A stretch of 64,000 nucleotides of DNA, taken from Patescibacteria group bacterium (lineage in GTDB: Bacteria > Patescibacteriota > Minisyncoccia > Phycocordibacterales > UBA1550). Each line of letters opens with the position of its first letter. Positions within the stretch are counted from its first letter, which is position 1. This document shows, piece by piece, positions 1-12,538 of the stretch. The DNA lies in assembly GCA_038062675.1 (NCBI GenBank), contig JBBTWP010000001.1, positions 48,920-112,919 of the forward strand, read 5' to 3'. The notes beneath the pieces are model-generated. The model made no database searches, had not been told where the DNA came from, and was given only the letters and a program-made list of their open reading frames with translations. Both the position numbers and the translations under genes were made by a program.

Positions 1-56
1 ACGCTCTTCTTTGTAAAGATTGCGGTCACGGAACCGCATTAGTGTTTAATAATTAA

Positions 57-299
<243 letters not shown>

Positions 300-309
300 T
301 ACATCATTC

Positions 310-753
310 ATGGAGCAAATCGTAACCGTCTTTGGGGTCAACTGGAAACTCTTCCTGATTCAGGCAGTGAACTTCGGCTTGCTTCTTTTGGTGCTCTATC
401 GTTTCTTGTATCGTCCGGTGCTTGCCATGATCGACACCCGAAAAGCAAAAATAGAAAATGCGGTCAAGGAAGCGGAGCGCATGGAGGGAGAGCTTGGTGA
501 AGCGGAGGCAGAAAAAGCGCGCATCTTGCGTGAAGCGACCCAGAAAGGTAGTTTGCTGATTGACGCTGCAAAGAAACACGCAGAAGCAGAGGAGCATGTG
601 CTTCTCAAGGACGCACACCGCAAGGTGGCGCACCTCGTGAGTGAGGCAGAGCGTCGTACTGCGCGCGAACACGAAGAGATGCTCAAGAGTGTCGAGCGGG
701 AAGTCACACGTATGGCAGTGCTTGCTGCCGAGAATGTCCTCCGCAAATCATAA
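310..753 (+). CDS. atpF: F0F1 ATP synthase subunit b
   Basis: N-terminal TM helix followed by a long charged coiled coil; sits between the c and delta subunits. Confidence 0.85.
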   Translation: MEQIVTVFGVNWKLFLIQAVNFGLLLLVLYRFLYRPVLAMIDTRKAKIENAVKEAERMEGELGEAEAEKARILREATQKGSLLIDAAKKHAEAEEHVLLKDAHRKVAHLVSEAERRTAREHEEMLKSVEREVTRMAVLAAENVLRKS

Positions 754-755
754 TC

Positions 756-1160
756 ATGAAAGCTTTTGAATACGCTGAAGCGCTCCACGGCGCGCTCGAA
801 GGAAAGAATGCGAAAGATGCACACAAGATTTTTGAGCGTTTTGTGGAGGTTGTGCGTGCGCGCGGACACGCGGGACTCCTCCGCCTTATTCCCCGCGAGC
901 TCGACAAGATAGCACTTCGGCGTGAGTCGCAGAACGAAGTGGTGCTCGTGACGGCGGACAAAAAGAGCCACACCAAGTGGTCACACGCCTATGACCACTA
1001 CCGTCGCGAAGGGGTGATCCCGGACGTGAAAGGGGAACGTCATGAGATCGACCCCACCATTGTCGGAGGATTCAAGATTCGCACCAAAAATCTCCTCATC
1101 GACGGCAGTTATCACCGCGCTCTCATCGAATTGTATCGAAACATTATCACTAAGAACTAA
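756..1160 (+). CDS. atpH: F0F1 ATP synthase subunit delta (short OSCP-like)
   Basis: Operon position between b and alpha; OSCP-like C-terminal segment; 134 aa, shorter than the typical delta. Confidence 0.7.
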   Translation: MKAFEYAEALHGALEGKNAKDAHKIFERFVEVVRARGHAGLLRLIPRELDKIALRRESQNEVVLVTADKKSHTKWSHAYDHYRREGVIPDVKGERHEIDPTIVGGFKIRTKNLLIDGSYHRALIELYRNIITKN

Positions 1161-1165
1161 GCACT

Positions 1166-2737
<1,572 letters not shown>

Positions 2738-2750
2738 TTATTAAGCATGT

Positions 2751-5116
<2,366 letters not shown>

Positions 5117-5118
5117 TT

Positions 5119-5355
5119 ATGTTTAAACTCACCGTCGCACAAGTAGATAAAGTGTTGTTCAAAGGGGAGGTGCACCAAGTGACCTGTCCAGGGACCGGCG
5201 GGGATGTGACCATCCTCTCTCACCACGCACCGCTCGTGGCACCGCTTCGTGCAGGCGAGCTTCGTATTGTGGACGCGGGTGGGGTAGTGACACAAATTCC
5301 ACTTGCGGACGGTGTGCTCGAGGTGGGGGGCAATGAGGCGACGGTGTTGCTGTAA
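5119..5355 (+). CDS. atpC: F0F1 ATP synthase subunit epsilon (N-terminal beta-sandwich only)
   Basis: Last gene of the operon; 78 aa, lacks the C-terminal helical hairpin. Confidence 0.75.
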   Translation: MFKLTVAQVDKVLFKGEVHQVTCPGTGGDVTILSHHAPLVAPLRAGELRIVDAGGVVTQIPLADGVLEVGGNEATVLL

Positions 5356-5369
5356 AAGTAATTTTACCG

Positions 5370-5398
5370 TTGACAAGATTCTAGTTTTGCTGTATTTT
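5370..5398 (+). promoter_or_regulatory. sigma70-type promoter (TTGACA-17-TATTTT)
   Basis: TTGACA at 5370-5375, 17-nt spacer, TATTTT at 5393-5398; GGAGGG RBS 8 nt before the GTG at 5428. Confidence 0.5.
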
Positions 5399-5427
5399 AG
5401 CTTCAGACTGAATGGAGGGAAACAACC

Positions 5428-5721
5428 GTGACGCCAGAAACTTTAAGGCTGATGTTGAAAAGAATAGAGAGAAAAAATATACCAATTGAAGTGCGAGTAA
5501 GAGCTCTCGTTGATCATCTTCATCAAAGTTTTTTAGGGCTTGCAGGTGAAGGTATGCAAGCGAGAACAGGAGAGGAGCTTCGAGAGATGTATGTCAAGGC
5601 CCGAAAGATTGCTAGGGTCGCCTTGCGACTCTATCGGTGGTTTCCTAACTCTGCAGATAAAGAAAGGAACGAACTTTTTCGGACTCTTTTTGATGCAGCG
5701 TCTCGCTCTATTAAACAATAA
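5428..5721 (+). CDS. hypothetical small helical protein (97 aa, GTG start)
   Basis: Own promoter and RBS; no recognisable motif. Confidence 0.45.
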   Translation: MTPETLRLMLKRIERKNIPIEVRVRALVDHLHQSFLGLAGEGMQARTGEELREMYVKARKIARVALRLYRWFPNSADKERNELFRTLFDAASRSIKQ

Positions 5722-5744
5722 AGATCATATTAGGATAGATGTAT

Positions 5745-6353
5745 CTATCTTGCCGTTGTGCCTTCGGGTTCAGCGGTTTTTTTTATTTTTTTCAATATGA
5801 GCGGAATCTTTTTGAAATCTTCCTTCAGCACCTCGCGCAAGGAACCATTATAGAGCGCTGCAGCGGGGTGGTAGAGAGGAAGGAAATGTTGCTCTTTCCC
5901 CCACATGGGTGCGGTGATGAGGTTGCCATGCGCAGATGATATTTTTTCATGCGGAAAAAAGTGGTTCATGGCGTGTCGCCCCAGAAAAACAACGAGTTTG
6001 GGTTTGATAAGTTGTATTTCTTCTTCGAGCCAGGGTGCACAAGCGGTGATTTCGTCGGGTGTCGGGTCACGGTTGTCTGGCGGGCGATATTTGACGATGT
6101 TGGTTATGTAGACATCTTCGCGTTTCATGCCGATACTTGCGAGCATTTCAGCGAGAAATTTCCCTGCGGCGCCAATGAACGGTCGCCCCTCTTTGTCTTC
6201 TTTTGCGCCTGGAGCTTCGCCAATGAATACAACATCTGCGGTGGCACTCCCATCTCCACGTACCCCCTGCGTTGCAGTCTTTTTTAATTCGCACATGCAG
6301 TTCGTAAGCCACTTTGTGTGGAGTGCGTCGAGTTGGTCGGTCTTGTTCATCAT
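5745..6353 (-). CDS. uracil-DNA glycosylase, family 4
   Basis: GEAPGAKEDKEGRPFIGAAGKFL family-4 UDG motif plus a C-terminal HPAAALY. Confidence 0.85.
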   Translation of the reverse strand: MMNKTDQLDALHTKWLTNCMCELKKTATQGVRGDGSATADVVFIGEAPGAKEDKEGRPFIGAAGKFLAEMLASIGMKREDVYITNIVKYRPPDNRDPTPDEITACAPWLEEEIQLIKPKLVVFLGRHAMNHFFPHEKISSAHGNLITAPMWGKEQHFLPLYHPAAALYNGSLREVLKEDFKKIPLILKKIKKTAEPEGTTAR

Positions 6354-6356
6354 ACA

Positions 6357-6869
6357 CTACTCTTGGTTTTTGGGCAGATATTGTTTTCCCAGCGAGAACG
6401 GTTCATTCGAAAGTACCATCATCCATTGGTTGCAACTTTTGTGTCCGCTGTGCGAGTCGTGCCAGCGTTCGATAAGCTCAGTTTCCTCGAGCTTAAAGTT
6501 TTTTCCGTTCCAAGGATCGTGCAGGATGATGATACCATCTACGTAGCCTGACACAACGGCGTAGTGCCCGTCATCTTCAGATGGTTCAGTGTAATCAATA
6601 ATAACAGGAAGTCCGAGGTTTATAAAATATCTTATTTCATCAACCGATGAATCCGCGTTTACATAACAATAGAACTTTTGATGGAGCGCTGCGTCAATCA
6701 TGCCCTGGTGGCGGGTCCCCGTTTCATTGTCGGTGCTCGCGTGTTTCGCAATTTTTTTCTCAGTCTTAAAAGTGCCAAGAAATGAAAAAACCATTTTGAG
6801 CGAAGCGGGACCACAGGTGTATTCAGTTTTTTGTTCGTGGTAGGGGACGGTGAGTTTCATATCTTTCAT
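6357..6869 (-). CDS. papain-like cysteine peptidase, C39-like (Peptidase_C39_2)
   Basis: YTCGPASLKMV catalytic-Cys motif and a downstream GHYAVVSGY His motif; 4-bp gap to the downstream UDG gene (6353/6357), so co-transcribed. Confidence 0.6.
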   Translation of the reverse strand: MKDMKLTVPYHEQKTEYTCGPASLKMVFSFLGTFKTEKKIAKHASTDNETGTRHQGMIDAALHQKFYCYVNADSSVDEIRYFINLGLPVIIDYTEPSEDDGHYAVVSGYVDGIIILHDPWNGKNFKLEETELIERWHDSHSGHKSCNQWMMVLSNEPFSLGKQYLPKNQE

Positions 6870-7003
6870 ATTCTACTAAATTAGCCGAATATTTGCCAGC
6901 TGATTATTCTGCGAAATTTCTTGTTTTTATGTTTGATAATTAGCTAAAATTATGAGAATATGGTGTTTGGAGTCTCTGTACAACAATTAATGAGGAGGTC
7001 ATT

Positions 7004-7393
7004 ATGACTGCACATTTATCTCTACTTGCAACACAGACTGGAATTCCATTTGCACTACTTGAGGGCGCACTCCACCCATTGCCAGAAGTTGTCTCACAGG
7101 CAACTACCTGTAATGAGGCACAACTGGAATATTATAGTTCGAGACCGGGGAATCCTGCGCGGCACGCTGCACTGAAAAGATGGATTGCTTTGTGTTTCAC
7201 TATTGATGAAATACGTCAGGCTGCTGGTCAAACACTGCTCGGAAGCCAGGATGAAAGTGATGCGTTGATCAAATGGGCTAGTCTCTACACAACTATTCCG
7301 CAAGCACTCGAAGTTCGTAGTCGTACACGATTGGGGAGTGAGGAGGAGCGCGTTGTGCTTCTTAAAATGATTGAAATACACAACGGGAGATAA
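7004..7393 (+). CDS. hypothetical protein
   Basis: 129-aa ORF with SD-like GAGGAGG upstream, followed by an intrinsic terminator. Confidence 0.45.
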   Translation: MTAHLSLLATQTGIPFALLEGALHPLPEVVSQATTCNEAQLEYYSSRPGNPARHAALKRWIALCFTIDEIRQAAGQTLLGSQDESDALIKWASLYTTIPQALEVRSRTRLGSEEERVVLLKMIEIHNGR

Positions 7394-7399
7394 GTTTTG

Positions 7400-7436
7400 A
7401 AAGCCACCAGAAAATTTCTAGTGGCTTTCCTTTTTT
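7400..7436 (+). terminator. rho-independent terminator
   Basis: aaagccaccag / ctagtggcttt stem followed by a T6 run. Confidence 0.7.
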
Positions 7437-7487
7437 GAAGAAGATTGACTTCGAATGGTTTTCAACATAGAATAAACATAAAATACA

Positions 7488-7913
7488 ATGGAAAATACTG
7501 GATTATTTTACGCAATAGGGGCAGCAGTGGTATGGGGGTTAGTGTACACCATCGACCAGAAGATTCTTTCTGAGGTCTCACCTCTTATGCTTTTGTTCAT
7601 AAATTCAATTGTTACCGTAGTAATCTTGTTGCCGTTTGTATTTTTTACCAACACGAAAACAGTTTTCGAAGTTGGTAAAATGGGGTTGCTGCTTATTCTT
7701 GGGGCTAGCTTGTTAGCAGCCCTCGCAAATTTTTTTATTTTTTCGTCAATCAAATCACTAAACGCTTCGACGGCGTCAATAATCGAAGTCTCATACCCAT
7801 TTTTTGTCGTCCTTTTTAGTTTTATTATTTTTCGTGCAGTTCCCAATATTTATTTTTTTCTCGGTGGAGCACTTATTTTTGCAGGAACGTTTGTCATTAT
7901 TAAGCTTGCATAA
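7488..7913 (+). CDS. EamA-like (DMT superfamily) small membrane transporter
   Basis: Four hydrophobic helices in a 141-aa single EamA-like domain. Confidence 0.55.
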   Translation: MENTGLFYAIGAAVVWGLVYTIDQKILSEVSPLMLLFINSIVTVVILLPFVFFTNTKTVFEVGKMGLLLILGASLLAALANFFIFSSIKSLNASTASIIEVSYPFFVVLFSFIIFRAVPNIYFFLGGALIFAGTFVIIKLA

Positions 7914-7921
7914 AGAATTCC

Positions 7922-8737
7922 ATGATCAACCAAAACCCTAAAAAAGAAAAAAAGGCGCCAGTAAAGGCCGGAGCAGACACTTCATGGAACGCCGTGGCGG
8001 GATGGTATGACACCATGATTGAAAAGGACGATGATACCTACCAAACGAAAGTTATTTTGCCGAACATTGTGCGTGCAATGGGTATTAAAGAGGGAACAAA
8101 AGTGCTCGATGTTGCTTGTGGGCAGGGGTTTTTTAGTCGTGCATTTCGTGCAGCAGGGGCGGAGGTTTCCGGCGTTGATGTGGCAACTACGCTCATAGAT
8201 TTTGCCAAAAAGCAGTCCCCGAAAGAAATTCGTTTTTTTGTACGCTCTGCGGAAGACCTTGTTGTTTTTCAAGATGGGTATTTTGATAAGGTGGTTGTTG
8301 TTTTGGCAATTCAAAATATTGAAGCGCCACACAAGGTCTTTAAAGAGTGCGTACGCGTGCTTGCGCCGGGAGGCAAATTGTATTTGGTAATGAACCATCC
8401 TGCGTTTCGCATTCCCAAGGCGAGCGCATGGGGTTTTGACGACGAAGCAAAAACGCAGTATCGGCGCGTTGACCGTTACATGTCAGAATCAAAAAGTGAA
8501 ATCGACATGAATCCGGGGAGACCTTCGGGTAAGAGAGGGGCGACAACCATTTCGTTTCATCGACCACTCCAATACTATTTTAAAACCCTCGCTAACAGTG
8601 GGTTTGCAGTCGCGCGTCTCGAAGAATGGCTTTCTCATCGAGTGAGCGAGAAGGGTCCGCGGCAAGATGCGGAGGATCGAGCGCGCAAAGAAATCCCATT
8701 GTTCTTGTTTCTTGAAGCGGAGAAGCGAGGGAAATAA
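7922..8737 (+). CDS. class I SAM-dependent methyltransferase
   Basis: Motif I VLDVACGQGFFS; Rossmann-like fold pattern. Confidence 0.75.
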   Translation: MINQNPKKEKKAPVKAGADTSWNAVAGWYDTMIEKDDDTYQTKVILPNIVRAMGIKEGTKVLDVACGQGFFSRAFRAAGAEVSGVDVATTLIDFAKKQSPKEIRFFVRSAEDLVVFQDGYFDKVVVVLAIQNIEAPHKVFKECVRVLAPGGKLYLVMNHPAFRIPKASAWGFDDEAKTQYRRVDRYMSESKSEIDMNPGRPSGKRGATTISFHRPLQYYFKTLANSGFAVARLEEWLSHRVSEKGPRQDAEDRARKEIPLFLFLEAEKRGK

Positions 8738-8752
8738 TGGTAGTATAATTGT

Positions 8753-9745
8753 ATGCTCGGTAATATTATCGGTGTATTGATAGCCATTGTCGCGCTTCTT
8801 GGTGCCGGCGTCGTTTCGTATACATATCTCGAGGAGCGATTTGGTCCCGCCGCGCCAACCGAAGTTGTGTTCAAGGTGGAAACAGAGACTCCCGTAGTGC
8901 AACCAAAAACCTCTGGGGGAAGCACTCAGGGTGTTGTTAATGTGCCGACAATACAAAAGAAGTCTGTTCCAGTGAAATCGAGCACACCCGCTCCAATTGC
9001 GGTTACGCCTCAGAAAGTTGTTGTTCCGGGGCCTTTGCGCGCGGAACCTGTCTCCACACCCTTGCCAAGTGTTATTTTGACGGCGCAGGGCGTGTTTGAG
9101 TATACCAATCGTGCACGCGCCGAAAATGGTGGGTTAGGCGCCTTGACGCATAATGAGACTCTCGACCGTATTGCCATGACGAAACTTCTCGATATGTTTT
9201 CAAAACAATATTTTGAACACATATCGCCGACAGGAGTCGGTCCGAGCGACCTTGCGAAAGCGGCAGGTTATGCGTATGTGGTTGTGGGTGAAAATTTAGC
9301 ACTGGGGAACTTTGCCAATGATTCAAAGTTGGTCGATGCATGGATGGCAAGCCCCGGGCATCGCGCAAATATCTTGAATCCGCGATATCAAGAGATTGGT
9401 ATTGCTGCAGGGAGAGGAATGTATGAAGGGCGCGAAACGTGGCTTGCGGTGCAAAGTTTTGGCATGCCTCTTTCTTCGTGTCCTGCCATTGACGCACAAA
9501 AGAAAATGCAAATTGAAACGAATAATGCCACCATTGCCACGATGCGCATAGATCTTGATGCGAAGAAGGTGCAGATTGATACTACGCCACCGAACAATCC
9601 AAAATACAATGTATATGTGGGTGAGTTTAATGTTATGGTAGTGCCATATAATGCTCTGATTGAATCGAGTCGGATTTTAGTCGAGCAGTATAACAGAGAA
9701 GTAAAGGCATTTAATGACTGCGCTGCTGGAACAGCTACAAGTTAA
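8753..9745 (+). CDS. CAP/SCP (PR-1-like) domain secreted protein with N-terminal anchor
   Basis: N-terminal TM helix; CAP motifs GHRANILNPRYQEIGIA and YAYVVVGENLALG. Confidence 0.7.
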   Translation: MLGNIIGVLIAIVALLGAGVVSYTYLEERFGPAAPTEVVFKVETETPVVQPKTSGGSTQGVVNVPTIQKKSVPVKSSTPAPIAVTPQKVVVPGPLRAEPVSTPLPSVILTAQGVFEYTNRARAENGGLGALTHNETLDRIAMTKLLDMFSKQYFEHISPTGVGPSDLAKAAGYAYVVVGENLALGNFANDSKLVDAWMASPGHRANILNPRYQEIGIAAGRGMYEGRETWLAVQSFGMPLSSCPAIDAQKKMQIETNNATIATMRIDLDAKKVQIDTTPPNNPKYNVYVGEFNVMVVPYNALIESSRILVEQYNREVKAFNDCAAGTATS

Positions 9746-9773
9746 GGGAGTAGTCTTGTGATACACTTTGAAT

Positions 9774-10493
9774 ATGTCGACACTTATTTTTGATATTGAA
9801 ACGGTTGGAGAAGATTTTGATGCGCTAGATTCTGCAACTCAAGACGTGCTCACAAAGTGGATTAAAAAAGAATCCGGAGCTCCTGAACATCAGGATGAAT
9901 ATGAACGGGCTCTACAAGACCTGAAAGACGGACTTGGCTTTTCACCACTTACTGGGCAGATCGTTGCCATCGGCGTTCTAGATGACGAGCGTGACAAAGG
10001 TGCCGTATATTTCGATACAAATGGCAAAAAGATGCCCGACCGCGAGGAAGCCGGAATGAAGTTTAAGGCGATGGGGGAGCGCGAGATGCTTGAAAATTTT
10101 TGGCGGGGAGTTGCCGAATACGATGCGTTTGTAAGTTTTAATGGGCGCGGGTTTGACGTTCCGTTTTTAATGGTTCGTTCGGCAATTTATGGCATCCGCC
10201 CATCCAAGGACTTGATGTCGAATCGATATGTCGGGAGTCAAGATTTTGGTGCGAAACATATCGACCTCTTAGACCAGCTTTCTTTCTATGGTGCGGTGCG
10301 TCGCAAGGGAGGGCTTCATTTGTGGTGCCGAGCTTTTGGCATCGAGAGCCCAAAAGCTTCCGGAGTTACCGGGGACGATGTGAAGAGGCTTTTCACGGGA
10401 GGACATTTTGAGGATATTGCGAAGTATAATGCGGGGGATTTGCGCGCCACACGCGAGCTCTATCATCGCTGGAAGAATTATCTCGCTTTTTAG
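9774..10493 (+). CDS. DEDDy 3'-5' exonuclease, PolB-exonuclease-like (RNase H-like fold)
   Basis: Exo I FDIET, Exo II FNGRGFDVPF, Exo III YNAGDLRAT; ATG at 9774 preferred over the TTG at 9768. Confidence 0.65.
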   Translation: MSTLIFDIETVGEDFDALDSATQDVLTKWIKKESGAPEHQDEYERALQDLKDGLGFSPLTGQIVAIGVLDDERDKGAVYFDTNGKKMPDREEAGMKFKAMGEREMLENFWRGVAEYDAFVSFNGRGFDVPFLMVRSAIYGIRPSKDLMSNRYVGSQDFGAKHIDLLDQLSFYGAVRRKGGLHLWCRAFGIESPKASGVTGDDVKRLFTGGHFEDIAKYNAGDLRATRELYHRWKNYLAF

Positions 10494-10628
10494 TGTTTCG
10501 GGAAAGTTTGTCGCTGGTGGAAAAAGCTTGCACAAAAAACCATTTTATACTACACTCACTCATAGATACAGAACATCGTGTCTGAAAAATAGTTCTTTGT
10601 ATTACAATCAACGACCTTGGAGGTCGCT

Positions 10629-10955
10629 ATGAAAAAGTTTGCATCACTGCTGTGTGCAGCTACTTTACTACTGTCCGTAACATTCGTTCCCACCATCGCT
10701 TCCGCAAGTACCATCAATACGGAACTTGCAAGCAACCCCACCGCCACTATTGCTGAAATCGAGAAGATTGGTTTTCCGATGTCGGATGAAATGGCCGGGG
10801 AGATGAGGGGGGAGTTTACTTGGTACAGTATTGCCCTTGGAATTATTTTTGATAACGCCGTGTTTGGTGCCAATGGAAGTAACATTCGTACTACTTTCTT
10901 TTCGCCGATAATGGCATGTTCTGCAACTGTTTCTGGAAGCGGGTACAGTTGTTGA
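10629..10955 (+). CDS. small secreted protein (signal peptide)
   Basis: MKKFASLLCAATLLLSVTFVPTIASA signal peptide; GGAGG RBS; paired cysteines at the C-terminus. Confidence 0.45.
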   Translation: MKKFASLLCAATLLLSVTFVPTIASASTINTELASNPTATIAEIEKIGFPMSDEMAGEMRGEFTWYSIALGIIFDNAVFGANGSNIRTTFFSPIMACSATVSGSGYSC

Positions 10956-10975
10956 ATTGGTTGTTTTTATGTCCC

Positions 10976-11007
10976 AAACGGGTCGGTTTACCCCGACCCG
11001 TTTTTTT
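10976..11007 (+). terminator. rho-independent terminator
   Basis: aaacgggtcgg-tttacc-ccgacccgttt perfect 11-bp stem plus T7. Confidence 0.85.
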
Positions 11008-11040
11008 ATTAAGATTCTGTATCATAATTTTTTTAAAATA

Positions 11041-11508
11041 ATGCTTAATTTTTTTAATCCCGTAAAAGCTGTTTCGGATTATCAGTCTGGGCTTATTTCA
11101 CAGCGGGGGATTCTTTTCCGAAGATATTTTTTCTTTGGATATATTTTTTTGTCTGTGTTTAGTATATTTTTTTTGCCAGTAACAAAATATGGTCTCTACG
11201 ACACCTTTTTTAGTGCTATTTTTCTTATTTTATATATAGGTGTTCCACTTTTGATAAACACAAAAATAGATGGGGAAAATTTTTACACTCGACTTGCGGT
11301 TGTGCATGTTCCTGTTCTTTTCACTACTTTAATTATCTCTACTATTTTGGCAGTATTAACAGCGGTGGTGGTTATTTTTGTAATACCTACGGTAAACATA
11401 GATGCAGTGGCGTTTTTATTACAAACAGTATTGATGTTTTTTAGTATATTTTTCATGGCGTGGTCTTTTAAAAAATACAAATTGAAAAAACCTCCACAAA
11501 AAATATGA
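11041..11508 (+). CDS. hypothetical polytopic membrane protein
   Basis: Four hydrophobic helices; start chosen downstream of the terminator, start uncertain. Confidence 0.4.
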   Translation: MLNFFNPVKAVSDYQSGLISQRGILFRRYFFFGYIFLSVFSIFFLPVTKYGLYDTFFSAIFLILYIGVPLLINTKIDGENFYTRLAVVHVPVLFTTLIISTILAVLTAVVVIFVIPTVNIDAVAFLLQTVLMFFSIFFMAWSFKKYKLKKPPQKI

Positions 11509-11692
11509 AAAAGATTAAGAAGTTTTTTGCATTGATATTTCAACACATTGTTGTTGCGTTAGTATCGTGGTTTTAGTAGTAACATAATCTGGGTAGAAGA
11601 AATAGTTCATCAATGGAGGGAAATACCTTGCGTTTTAAGCCACAAAAACTGAGTGTTTTGTTTGGAGTGCTTCATCGTGGTACGATACTTGT

Positions 11693-12508
11693 ATGTCTGA
11701 CTTTTATAAACCTCACCGAAAACCCGATTGGAATTATGGCGGTCCGCGCTGGCGTCTCTCTCGTTCAAAGATCGAGCTTTATACAGAGTGCCCTCGGTGT
11801 TTCTTTGTTGACAACAAGCTTGGCACGGCACGCCCTCGTGGACCCGCGTTTACTATCAACATTGCTGTTGACACCTTGCTCAAAAAAGAATTTGATGCGC
11901 ATCGTGTGGGGAAAACTTCTCATCCGCTCATGAAAAAGTATGGTGTTGACGCAGTACCGTTTGCACACAAAAACATGGATACATGGCGAGAGAATTTTGA
12001 GGGAGTGGAGTACAAAGACCCACAAACTGGATTTGTGATTTCGGGTGCAGTGGACGATGTTTGGGTAAACCCCGCCGGCGAGCTCATGGTGGTGGACTAC
12101 AAAGCAACCTCAAAAGAGGGAAGCATAGAAACGCTCGCGGATTCTTCATGGGAAGGGCAGTACAAGCGCCAGATAGGTGTGTATCAGTGGTTGTTGCGCA
12201 AAAACGGTTTTAAGGTTTCAGATACAGGGTATTTTGTGTATGCAAATGCAGGTACCGACAAAAAGGCATTTGATGGGCAGCTTGAGTTTGAGGTCACGCT
12301 GATTCCCTGCAAAGGAGAGACGGAGTGGATTGATACAGTATTGCTCGAAATAAAGAAATGTTTGGAGACCAACGAGATTCCCGAGGTCGGTCCACAATGT
12401 GATTTTTGTAAGTATCGCAAAGCAGCGCGCGATGTACAACAAGATTTTCGTGTAAAGAATACAAAAGAAGCAAAAACCGGAAAAGGAGGGGGAAGTTTGT
12501 TTGAGTAA
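11693..12508 (+). CDS. PD-(D/E)XK nuclease with Cys cluster (Cas4/RecB-like)
   Basis: E-x-DYK motif (ELMVVDYKATSKE); N-terminal CPRC and C-terminal C..C..CDFC cysteines suggest an Fe-S cluster. Confidence 0.6.
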   Translation: MSDFYKPHRKPDWNYGGPRWRLSRSKIELYTECPRCFFVDNKLGTARPRGPAFTINIAVDTLLKKEFDAHRVGKTSHPLMKKYGVDAVPFAHKNMDTWRENFEGVEYKDPQTGFVISGAVDDVWVNPAGELMVVDYKATSKEGSIETLADSSWEGQYKRQIGVYQWLLRKNGFKVSDTGYFVYANAGTDKKAFDGQLEFEVTLIPCKGETEWIDTVLLEIKKCLETNEIPEVGPQCDFCKYRKAARDVQQDFRVKNTKEAKTGKGGGSLFE

Positions 12509-12538
12509 TTTTTACATTCTGAGCTGCGCAATCTTCAT

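Noticed and set aside
396-971. Long antisense or shadow ORFs across conserved genes (for example 396-971-, 1204-1758-, 1496-2089-, 46646-47596-, 27652-28446-, 58898-59479-)
   Set aside because: They lie opposite well-supported conserved genes, have low-complexity biased composition and lack start context. They are typical shadow ORFs.
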